From contig CALKVT010000185.1 in assembly GCA_938004865.1 (NCBI GenBank), forward strand, positions 1 through 29,195: a DNA stretch of 29,195 nucleotides, written 5' to 3'. The notes beneath the pieces are model-generated. The model was given only the letters and a program-made list of their open reading frames with translations. It was not told where the DNA came from and did no database searches. Each line of letters opens with the position of its first letter. Within the stretch, counting starts at the first letter, position 1. This DNA is from an uncultured Myxococcales bacterium (GTDB taxonomy: Bacteria; Myxococcota_A; Polyangia; Haliangiales; Haliangiaceae). The position numbers were made by a program, and so were the translations under genes. This document shows positions 9,390 to 16,385 of the stretch, piece after piece.

Positions 9390-9461
9390 CCCCGCGGGAT
9401 GTCGGTGTCAGCCACCGCCAGGGCTTCCGGTGGCTGGCACCGCCGCCGGTGGCTGACACCG
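9377..9461. repeat. Array of four copies of the CGGTGGCTGACACCG motif (mixed orientation, centre spacing 26/25/19 bp) in a divergent promoter region.
   Basis: Copies: gGGTGGCTGACACCc at 9377-9391; CGGTGTCAGCCACCG (inverted, perfect) at 9403-9417; CGGTGGCTGgCACCG (1 mismatch) at 9428-9442; CGGTGGCTGACACCG (perfect) at 9447-9461. A related palindrome GGGTGGCACCACCC sits just upstream of the first copy (about 9355-9368). Confidence 0.9.
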
Positions 9462-9519
9462 TAGACGGCGGGCCCCGGAGGCGGGTCGCCAGTCTCCGGC
9501 GCGACAGTCCGTCACGCCT

Positions 9520-10293
9520 GTGATCTCCAACGCTTGGCGGTGCGAGGGACTGGCAGGGACCTTGCTCTACGAATCGCCCGTGGACAGCGCCAGCGTGATG
9601 CGGGCGGCACTCGAGCTCTTCGGTGCCCGGCAGTACCCGGGTGTTGTCGCCGTCTGTCAGGACGCCCTCCAGGACGATCCCTCCAGCATCCACCTCCGAC
9701 TCCTCCGTGCTCGCGCGCTCATGGCGCTCCGCCGTGACGCCGAGGCCCAGACCGAGATCAGCGAGTGCCTGCGCCTCGAGCCAGGGCTCGCCCCCGCGTA
9801 CCGCCTGCTCGGCGAGCTGGCGGCGCGACGGGACGAGAACGAGTCCGCGAAGATCTTCTTGAAGGAGGCGCTGCGCCTCGATCCCGACGACGCCGAAGCG
9901 CGCGAGTGGCTCGATGTCGTCGAAGCAATGGTTCGGTCAACCGCGGCAGCGGAAAAACTCCCGGCGGCCGCTGCCGCGGTTGGCCATCTTTCTCCCGAGG
10001 CGCCGTACGCCCCGCGCGGAGGCGGGCGTCGCCCCCGCGCCGAGGGCACACGCCCGCCGCCGGAGCTGCAGCGCTCGACCCTGAGCCAGCTGCCGCTCGC
10101 GTCCGGCTTCGGCAACTACCTCGTCGAGACCGGCGTGCTCTCGCCGGTGCAGCTGCGCGCGGCGCTCGCGTACAAGAAGTCCACCGGCGTGCGCCTCGGC
10201 ACCGCGGCGGTCGCGCTGGGCTTCGTGAGCGAGCTCAAGATCGAGTGGGCGTCGCTGGCCTATCACGGGCAGCATCGAAGAGCCTCGATGTAG
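9520..10293 (+). CDS. TPR-repeat protein with a C-terminal T2SS-protein-E N-terminal-like (T2SSE_N/MshEN-like) segment.
   Basis: GTG at 9520, alternative ATG at 9598. TPR-like helices (ALELFGARQYPGVVAVCQDALQDDP..., APAYRLLGELAARRDENESAKIFLKEALRLDPDD). The C-terminal FGNYLVETGVLSPVQLRAALAYKKSTGVRLGTAAVALGFVSE resembles T2SSE_N repeats (recalled pattern). Confidence 0.6.
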   Translation: MISNAWRCEGLAGTLLYESPVDSASVMRAALELFGARQYPGVVAVCQDALQDDPSSIHLRLLRARALMALRRDAEAQTEISECLRLEPGLAPAYRLLGELAARRDENESAKIFLKEALRLDPDDAEAREWLDVVEAMVRSTAAAEKLPAAAAAVGHLSPEAPYAPRGGGRRPRAEGTRPPPELQRSTLSQLPLASGFGNYLVETGVLSPVQLRAALAYKKSTGVRLGTAAVALGFVSELKIEWASLAYHGQHRRASM

Positions 10294-10331
10294 ATCCCGA
10301 TTTGCCCGGCTTCACGTAGAGTGGGGCCGTC

Positions 10332-11744
10332 GTGTTCGCGCCCGGGACGGTGATCGGCCAGAAGTACTGGGTCGAGCGTGTGCTCGGTGAGGGCGGCATG
10401 GGCGTCGTCATGGCGGCCACGCACCTCCAGCTCGGCCAGCGCGTCGCCCTCAAGTTCCTGCGCCCGGAGGCGATGAAGGACGCGGAGACCGTCGAGCGCT
10501 TCCTACGCGAGGCGCGCGCGGTCGTGCGGTTGCGCAGCGAGCACGTCTGCCGCGTCGTCGACGTGGGCAGCGAGAACGGCGCGCCGTTCATCGTGATGGA
10601 GCACCTCGAGGGGTACGACCTGGCGACAGTGCTGAGGCAGGGCGGGGCGCTGCGCGTGCCGGTCGCCGTCGACCACGTGGTGCAGGCGTGCCTCGGGCTC
10701 GCCGAGGCGCACGCCGCCGGCATCGTGCACCGCGATCTCAAGCCGTCGAACCTGTTCCTGACCCGTCGGCCCGAGGGCACGGCGCTGGTGAAGGTGATGG
10801 ACTTCGGCATCGCCAAGGCGCACGGGCGCATGGACGCGCGTCTCACCGACTCGGCGGCGATCATGGGCTCGCCGTCGTACATGGCGCCCGAGCAGCTCAA
10901 GAGCGCGCGCCACGTCGACGCCCGCGCCGACGTGTGGTCGCTCGGCGTCGTGCTCTTCGAGCTCATCACCGCGCGCCGCCCGTTCGACGCCGACACGATC
11001 GCCGAGATCGCGGCGAAGGTGACGCTCGATCCGCCGGCGCCCTTGCCGCTGAGTCTCCCGCGCGGCTTCGCCGAGGTCGTCCTGCGCTGCCTCGAGAAGG
11101 ATCCGGCACGCCGCTTCCCGTCGGTGGGCGCGCTCGCGCAGGCGCTCGCGCCCTACGGCTCGCCGGGCTCGCGCTCGCTCGCGGCGCACGCCGCCGATCT
11201 CGCCGGCGCGGGCCCGCACGTCACCGATCCGCTCGCGCGCGTGATGGGCGCCGTCACCCAGCCCCGCTGGAAGTCCGTCTTCTCGACCGGCACGCGCCGC
11301 CGACGCCTGCTCCTCGCCGGCGCGGGCGGCCTCGTCCTCGCCGGCACCGTGGCGCTCGCCCTCGTTCTCTCCTCGGGCTCGGGCTCGGGCTCCGCCTCCG
11401 ATCCGGGCTCCGGTTCGGCGTCGGCTGCCGAGCCCTCTGCGTCTGCGTCTGCGTCTGCGTCTGCGCCTGCGTCTGCGTCTGCGCCTGGGTCTGCGTCTGC
11501 GGTTCCGGATGCGTCCGCGGCCCCGGATGCGGCCGACCGCCCGGACGCCGGCACGCCCCTCGACGCCGCGCGCTCCTCCGATCGAGACCGGGATCGAGAC
11601 CGTGATCGCTCGCGCGACCGCGACCGCGACCGCCTGCCGCCGCCCGTCGACGCGGGCGCCGCCTCTCCTCGGCCCACGATCGACGCCGGCCGCTTCATCG
11701 ATCCCGAGGACAAGGACGGCGACGGCATCCCCGACCTCCGCTGA
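10332..11744 (+). CDS. Hanks-type Ser/Thr protein kinase with one TM helix and a low-complexity extracytoplasmic tail.
   Basis: GTG at 10332. Kinase motifs GEGGMGVV, VALKFL, HRDLKPSN, DFGIAK, SPSYMAPE, DVWSLGVVLFE. TM helix LLLAGAGGLVLAGTVALALVL. Tail with (SG)n, (SA)n and (RD)n runs, ending in DKDGDGIPD. Confidence 0.95.
   Translation: MFAPGTVIGQKYWVERVLGEGGMGVVMAATHLQLGQRVALKFLRPEAMKDAETVERFLREARAVVRLRSEHVCRVVDVGSENGAPFIVMEHLEGYDLATVLRQGGALRVPVAVDHVVQACLGLAEAHAAGIVHRDLKPSNLFLTRRPEGTALVKVMDFGIAKAHGRMDARLTDSAAIMGSPSYMAPEQLKSARHVDARADVWSLGVVLFELITARRPFDADTIAEIAAKVTLDPPAPLPLSLPRGFAEVVLRCLEKDPARRFPSVGALAQALAPYGSPGSRSLAAHAADLAGAGPHVTDPLARVMGAVTQPRWKSVFSTGTRRRRLLLAGAGGLVLAGTVALALVLSSGSGSGSASDPGSGSASAAEPSASASASASAPASASAPGSASAVPDASAAPDAADRPDAGTPLDAARSSDRDRDRDRDRSRDRDRDRLPPPVDAGAASPRPTIDAGRFIDPEDKDGDGIPDLR
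11436..11501. repeat. Tandem hexanucleotide repeat (TCTGCG, about 11 units with 2 variants) encoding (Ser-Ala)n in the kinase tail.
   Basis: Direct reading: tctgcg x5, cctgcg, tctgcg x2, cctggg, tctgcg x2. Confidence 0.9.
11580..11634. repeat. Imperfect 6/12-nt tandem repeat encoding (Asp-Arg)n in the kinase tail.
   Basis: Reads gatcgagaccgg gatcgagaccgt gatcgc tcgcgc gaccgc gaccgc gaccgc. Protein DRDRDRDRDRSRDRDRDR. Confidence 0.85.
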
Positions 11745-11759
11745 CCCCGGTCAGCGGAG
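11736..11759. terminator. Perfect 9-bp inverted repeat (CTCCGCTGA-CCCCGG-TCAGCGGAG) containing the stop codons of both convergent genes. Candidate bidirectional terminator or attenuating hairpin.
   Basis: The kinase ends ...CTC CGC TGA at 11736-11744. The SWIM gene ends with the reverse-complement arm at 11751-11759. There is no U-tract on either side. Confidence 0.45.
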
Positions 11760-12632
11760 CCGATCGAAACGCCGACCCGTTGGCTTCACCTTCGCCTTCA
11801 CCTTCGCCTTCACCTTCGCCTTCGCCTCCACCTTCACGTTCCCCGCGGTCTTCCCTGCGGCGACGCTCCGCTTGCGCGGCGCCGGCTCCTCGGCGCGGTC
11901 GTCGGCCAGCTCGATGCCGAACAGCGCGCCGAGGCCGCCGTCGTCGGCGCGGAGCACGCGCTTCGACTTCGTCGTCGCGCGGTCGGCGATGGGCGCGCCC
12001 TCGGCGACCGACGCCACCAGCGCGTCGGCCGAGACCTTGCGCAGCGTGAACAGCAGCTCGGGCGCGCGATCGAGCCGCGCGCCGACGCCGTACATCACCG
12101 CGGCGACGTGCTTGCACATCGTCGCGTAATCGGGGCAGCTGCAGTCGATCGCGATCTCCGCGGGCGTCGGGAAGAGCCCCGTCTTCTCGGCACACAGCCG
12201 CGCCATCACCGCCTCGGTCAGCTTCCCGGCCAGGAGGTCGACCAGCGAGCCGATGCTGCCCGCGCAGTCGCGCTGGATCGCGCGCCACGACGCTGGGGTG
12301 ACTGCCGCGAGCTCGACCGCGACGTCGTACAGCTCCGAGCCGAGCACCTGGGCCTTCACGCGGCCGGGCGTGATCGCCAGATCGATCACCGACCCGCTGC
12401 GCACGTAGCTGCGCCCGCGCTCGAGGCGATACGCGAAGTCCCGGTAACGCTCGATGTTGTCGCACCACGCCTTGCCCCAGAACGTCGTCGCGATCTGCCG
12501 GCCCTCGATCACGATCGGCGCCAGCGGCTGCCCGCGCCGGCTCGCGTCGCGCACCATCCTGGCCGCCTCGTCCTTGCGCTGCCCCACCGTCTTGCGCGGC
12601 GCCCAGCTCATCCAGTAGCGATCGAAGGCCAT
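11751..12632 (-). CDS. SWIM zinc-finger protein (partner of the upstream SNF2 helicase).
   Basis: ATG at 12632 preceded by GGAGAGGAGA. Protein starts MAFDRYWMSWAPRK.... SWIM CxCxnCxH signature CSCPDYATMCKH. It is only the last 293 codons of the 1450-aa track ORF 11751..16103. Confidence 0.85.
   Translation of the reverse strand: MAFDRYWMSWAPRKTVGQRKDEAARMVRDASRRGQPLAPIVIEGRQIATTFWGKAWCDNIERYRDFAYRLERGRSYVRSGSVIDLAITPGRVKAQVLGSELYDVAVELAAVTPASWRAIQRDCAGSIGSLVDLLAGKLTEAVMARLCAEKTGLFPTPAEIAIDCSCPDYATMCKHVAAVMYGVGARLDRAPELLFTLRKVSADALVASVAEGAPIADRATTKSKRVLRADDGGLGALFGIELADDRAEEPAPRKRSVAAGKTAGNVKVEAKAKVKAKVKAKVKPTGRRFDRLR
11785..11836. repeat. 12-nt tandem repeat (CTTCACCTTCGC, 3 copies plus degenerate copies) encoding (KAKV)n in the SWIM-protein C-terminus.
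   Basis: Direct reading of 11785-11820 plus the variant cttcgcctccaccttc. Protein VKVEAKAKVKAKVKAKVK. Confidence 0.85.
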
Positions 12633-12670
12633 ACCGTCTCCTCTCCGTTCCTGCCGGCTCCTGCTCGCCG

Positions 12671-15379
12671 CTATCCGTCCGCCACGGCGCTCTTCAGATC
12701 GAGCGCCACCAGGTTCATCAGCTCCGCGTCCGAGAGCTCGGTCAGCTTGACCTCGTCCGTCCCCTCGAGCAGCTGGCGCGAGAGCCCGCGCTTCTCGGTG
12801 ATCATCGCGTCGATCTTCTCCTCGACGGTGCCGCGGCACACGAGCTTGTGCACCAGCACGTTCCGCTTCTGCCCGATGCGGAATGCGCGGTCGGTCGCCT
12901 GATCCTCGACGGCGGGGTTCCACCAGCGGTCGAAGTGCACGACGTGCGACGCCGCCGTCAGGTTGAGCCCGGTGCCACCCGCCTTGAGCGACAGGACGAA
13001 GAACGGCACGTCCTCGTCCTCCTGGAAGCGCTTCACCAGCGCGCTCCGCTCCTTCACCGACGTGTTGCCGTGGAGGACGAGCCCCGGCCGTCCGAACACG
13101 TCGGCGAGGAACGCGGCGAGCGGCGTCGTGGTCTCGCGGAACTGCGTGAACACGATCACCTTCTCCTGCTTGGCGGCGATGATCTCGGCGAGCTCGCGGA
13201 CGCGCGCGAGCTTGCCGCTGTCGGCCTCGTCCCACGCCCCGTCGCCCAGCCACTGCGACGGGTGGTTGCAGATCTGCTTGAGCCGCAGGAGCGACGCCAG
13301 CACCATGCCGCGCCGCTCGATCCCCGCCGACTTGCCGAGCTGCCCGGCCAGATCGTCGACGGCCTGCTGGTAGAGCGCCGCCTGCTTGCGCGACAAGCCG
13401 CAGTACGCGGTGACCTCGGTCTTGTCCGGCAGATCGCTGATGACGTTGCGATCGGTCTTGAGCCGGCGCAGGACGTACGGCCGGATGAGCTCGCGCAAGG
13501 GGCCATAGCCGCGCGTGTCGAGCCCCTTCGTGAACCGGGTGAACTCCTTGGCCGTGCCGAGCAGCCCCGGGTTGAGGAAGTCGAAGATCGACCACAGGTC
13601 GCCGAGCCGGTTCTCGACCGGCGTGCCGGTGAGCGCGATCCGCGCCTGCGCGTCGAGCGACTTCACCACCCGGGTCTGCTTCGCCCCCGGGTTCTTGATC
13701 GCCTGCGCCTCGTCGATGATGGCGAGCCGCCACGGCGTGGTCGTCAGCCACGGCGCGCGCCCGAGCGTGCCGTAGGTCGTGATCACCAGGTCGACGCCGT
13801 CGAGCGCCGGCGCCTCCGCCGACGCGAGCGTCGCCGCCGGCATCGCCGACGGGTGCGCGATCATCACGCGCAGGCTGGGGGCGAAGCGCTCGAGCTCCGC
13901 CGCCCAGTTGCCGACGAGCGACGCCGGCGCGACGAGGAGCGATCGCCGCTCGGGGCGCGGCGTGACGAGCAACAGCGCGATGACCTGCATCGTCTTGCCG
14001 AGGCCCATGTCGTCGGCGAGGCACGCGCCGAGCCCGAGCTCCGACATGAGGTGCAGCCAGCGCAGCCCGACCTCCTGGTACGGCCGCAGCTCGGCGCGCA
14101 GGGCCGGGCCCGGATCGACCGCCGCCAGCCCGTCCGGGTGACGCAGCGCTGCCAGCCGCTCGGCGAGCCACGGGCCCGCGACGATGCGCGCGTCGCCCGC
14201 GACCGCCGCCGTCGCCGCGTCGCCGCCGATCGCGGCGCCCGCGACCAGCCGCATCGCCTCGCCGAACCCGAGGCCGCCCTTCGCCATGCGCTCGACCGCG
14301 CGCAGCCTGTCGATCGTCGCGCGCAGGCGCTCGCGATCGATCTCGACCCAGCGCCCGCGCAGGAGGCGCAGCCCGTCGGTGCCGGCGAGGAGCGCCGCGA
14401 CCTCGTCGTCGGTGAGCGGCTCGCCGTCGATCGTCGCGCTCGCGCGGAAGTCGAGGAGCGCGTCGCGCCCGAGCCCCGCCGCCTTGCGCGCGCCCACGGT
14501 GGCGCCCGCCTGCACGCGCGCGGGGCGTCCGCCGCTCCACTGCGCCGGCATCCGCACCACGACGCCCGCCTGCTCGAGCTTGCCGACGTCGCCGAGGAGC
14601 TGGAGCGCGTCGTGTGGCGTCCAGCGCAGCGGATGGAAGATCTCCTGGCTCTCGACCAGGTCGGCGAGCCACGGGCACGCCTCGGCGGCGCGGCGCACCG
14701 GCGTGAGCAGCGCCTGCAGCTCCGCGGTCGCGCGCGCGCCGGCGTACTCGCGCAGCGCCTGCCCGAGCGGGACGTGCTGCGCGCGTCCGCCCTTGGCGAT
14801 GCGCGTCGTGTACGTGGCGAGGAAGGCGAACGGCGCCTCGTCGTCGCCCCTGTTCTCGGCGAGGTTGAAGTGCACGCGCCCGACCAGGTGCCACGCCCCG
14901 TGCTGCGCGCGCAGGAACGCGCCCAGCTTCCCTCCGGCCGCGGCGACGGCCTCGCGGAACGCCGCGTCGAGCGCGCGCCACTGGGCGGCGAGCAGCTCGC
15001 CGGTCACGTACTCGCCGCCCAGCATCGGCGGCGCGCTCGCCGCCAGCGCCGCCAGCACCTCGCCGTCGGGTGGGCGCAGCGTGTCGCGCGTGCCGTCGGC
15101 GTCCTCCTCGCCGCGCGCGCAGATGCCGGCGACGTAGCGCCTGGCCAGGTCGCGCCAGAAGCCGATGGACGGCGGCAGCTCCGTCGTCACCTCGGCCGCG
15201 CCCAGCTGCACGAGCCCGGCGCCGCCGCCGCGCGCGAACGCCGCCTCGAGCCGCGCGGCCACGTCCGCCGTGACGACGTCCGTCGCCTCGCCGGCGCGCA
15301 AGACGAGATGCCCGGCCGGCGTCACCGCGAGCGCGAGCCGCTGCTCGTCGGGTCGAGTCGTGGGGCGCGCCGTCGCCAT
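12671..15379 (-). CDS. SNF2/SWI2-family ATP-dependent helicase with an N-terminal SNF2-associated region.
   Basis: Contains DDMGLGKT (motif I), IIDEAQAIKN (DExx box), LTGTPVENRLGDLWS, HGNTSVKERSALVKRFQ, LKAGGTGLNLTAASHVVHFDRWWNPAVEDQATDRAFRIGQKRNV. Confidence 0.95.
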   Translation of the reverse strand: MATARPTTRPDEQRLALAVTPAGHLVLRAGEATDVVTADVAARLEAAFARGGGAGLVQLGAAEVTTELPPSIGFWRDLARRYVAGICARGEEDADGTRDTLRPPDGEVLAALAASAPPMLGGEYVTGELLAAQWRALDAAFREAVAAAGGKLGAFLRAQHGAWHLVGRVHFNLAENRGDDEAPFAFLATYTTRIAKGGRAQHVPLGQALREYAGARATAELQALLTPVRRAAEACPWLADLVESQEIFHPLRWTPHDALQLLGDVGKLEQAGVVVRMPAQWSGGRPARVQAGATVGARKAAGLGRDALLDFRASATIDGEPLTDDEVAALLAGTDGLRLLRGRWVEIDRERLRATIDRLRAVERMAKGGLGFGEAMRLVAGAAIGGDAATAAVAGDARIVAGPWLAERLAALRHPDGLAAVDPGPALRAELRPYQEVGLRWLHLMSELGLGACLADDMGLGKTMQVIALLLVTPRPERRSLLVAPASLVGNWAAELERFAPSLRVMIAHPSAMPAATLASAEAPALDGVDLVITTYGTLGRAPWLTTTPWRLAIIDEAQAIKNPGAKQTRVVKSLDAQARIALTGTPVENRLGDLWSIFDFLNPGLLGTAKEFTRFTKGLDTRGYGPLRELIRPYVLRRLKTDRNVISDLPDKTEVTAYCGLSRKQAALYQQAVDDLAGQLGKSAGIERRGMVLASLLRLKQICNHPSQWLGDGAWDEADSGKLARVRELAEIIAAKQEKVIVFTQFRETTTPLAAFLADVFGRPGLVLHGNTSVKERSALVKRFQEDEDVPFFVLSLKAGGTGLNLTAASHVVHFDRWWNPAVEDQATDRAFRIGQKRNVLVHKLVCRGTVEEKIDAMITEKRGLSRQLLEGTDEVKLTELSDAELMNLVALDLKSAVADG

Positions 15380-15424
15380 GGGAACGACGCAGGATGCCAG
15401 ACGGGGCTGATCCCGCCAGCGTCG

Positions 15425-15499
15425 TGCGCAGGACAGGAGTCGAACCCGCTGCCTCCGAGGTCATTACTCTCGGCGCTCTTCCAGACGAGCCACCTGCGC
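15425..15499 (-). tRNA. Atypical tRNA-like gene (isotype undetermined) with a 19-nt anticodon arm (5-bp stem plus 9-nt loop). It could be a tRNA pseudogene.
   Basis: The reverse complement is GCGCAGGTGGCTCGTCTGGAAGAGCGCCGAGAGTAATGACCTCGGAGGCAGCGGGTTCGACTCCTGTCCTGCGCA (75 nt). It folds with a 7-bp acceptor GCGCAGG/CCTGCGC, D arm GCTC-GTCTGGAA-GAGC, 5-nt variable loop AGGCA, T arm GCGGG-TTCGACT-CCTGT (2 G.U pairs) and discriminator A. Deviations: anticodon arm CCGAG-AGTAATGAC-CTCGG, G at position 14, and no encoded CCA. Confidence 0.6.
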
Positions 15500-15520
15500 G
15501 TGGGCCTCGCGGCCCGGTCG

Positions 15521-15838
15521 CTACGATAACGCCGTCAACCGGACCTCCCCGAGGAATTCTTCCGCGTGGGCGCGCCGTCGCTCGTGGTCGGCGAGCCACG
15601 CGCGCTGCACCTCGAGCGACGCGAACCGGCGCGTGCCGCCGTGAAGTCGCCCGTGCGCCGCGGCGCGCTCGACGTGCAGCACGTCCGCGTACCCGCGGAG
15701 CTTCGCGCGCAGCGCCTGCGCCTCGGGCGCGGTGATCTCGCGGAGCGCCCACCACGCGTCGTCGCCGTGGTCGTGGGCCAGCGCGCGCCGGAGGCCGACG
15801 ATCAGTCGGTTGATTCGATGCAACACATCCGTGGTCAT
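15521..15838 (-). CDS. Hypothetical small helical protein (105 aa), translationally coupled to the upstream PTH2-like gene.
   Basis: ATG at 15838 overlaps the upstream TGA (ATGA at 15835-15838). Protein starts MTTDVLHRINRLIVGLRRALAHDHGDDAWWALREI.... The track's 34-codon N-terminal extension is R/A/P-rich and overlaps the upstream CDS. Confidence 0.6.
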   Translation of the reverse strand: MTTDVLHRINRLIVGLRRALAHDHGDDAWWALREITAPEAQALRAKLRGYADVLHVERAAAHGRLHGGTRRFASLEVQRAWLADHERRRAHAEEFLGEVRLTALS

Positions 15839-16170
15839 CCTCGGTCGTCCTTTCCGCGCACCAGGGGCAGGTGCGCGAGCAAGCGGCGCACGCGCGCGCG
15901 TGGCATCGGAGCCAGTCCGATCGCCATCGGCGCGCCGCACCAGGGCTCGTCCGGTTCCCGGACGAAGACGTGGCGCACGCCGGCCACCGCGAGCGCGCGC
16001 GCGAGCGCGCGCAGCTCCGCCTCCGAGGCGGACAGCGCGACGGCGTGGGTCGGCGGGCTCGCCGCGGCGGCACCGCGGAGCTGCGCCGACTCGCCGGCCG
16101 CATGCACGATCATCGCGGCCTGGACGCCCACCGGGGCGTCGCGCCTGACGATCACGTAGTGGTAGGCCAC
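15835..16170 (-). CDS. PTH2-family-like protein (putative peptidyl-/aminoacyl-tRNA hydrolase fold).
   Basis: GTG at 16170, alternative GTG at 16155. YVIVRRDAPVGVQAAMIVHAA aligns by eye with PTH2 '[23 protein letters not shown]'. VALSASEAELRALARALAVAGVRHVFVREPDEPWCGAPMAIGLAPMPRARVRRLLAHLPL aligns with PTH2 '[63 protein letters not shown]'. Confidence 0.55.
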   Translation of the reverse strand: MAYHYVIVRRDAPVGVQAAMIVHAAGESAQLRGAAAASPPTHAVALSASEAELRALARALAVAGVRHVFVREPDEPWCGAPMAIGLAPMPRARVRRLLAHLPLVRGKDDRG

Positions 16171-16385
16171 CTCGGAAGGGCGGTCGCTACCCGGGCCGGC
16201 GTCAATGCATGGGCGCTAACGTGGATCCGGGCCGCCGCCCGCGCAAGAGGTGGATTTGCATCGAGAAGAAAAGACGCAACCCCGGCGGGCGCTGCCGATA
16301 CGGTCAGCGTGCTCGCGAACGAGGCCGTCGCCATGGTGCGACCGACTACAGAAGTCTCCCGATCCTCGCGTAGGATGGGCTGTCC

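Noticed and set aside
9428-9450. Sigma-54 (-24/-12) promoter suggested by TGGCAC in the variant motif copy.
   Set aside because: The required TTGC element 5 nt downstream of TGGCAC is absent; the sequence there is CCGGT.
9377-9461. Reading the 25-bp-phased motif copies as a miniature CRISPR array.
   Set aside because: The repeats are only 13-15 nt, the 'spacers' are about 10-12 nt, one copy is inverted, there are only 2-4 copies per site, and no cas genes are present.
12848-15529. 893-aa + strand ORF opposite the SNF2 helicase.
   Set aside because: It is an antisense shadow of a gene with all SNF2 motifs, with an R/E/A/L-rich low-information translation.
11751-16103. 1450-aa minus-strand ORF, the longest in the track.
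   Set aside because: Only its last 293 codons (from ATG 12632, preceded by a strong RBS) give a sensible protein, the SWIM-finger protein. The rest is an R/A/G/P-rich alternative frame running across the SNF2 gene, the tRNA-like gene and the PTH2-like gene.
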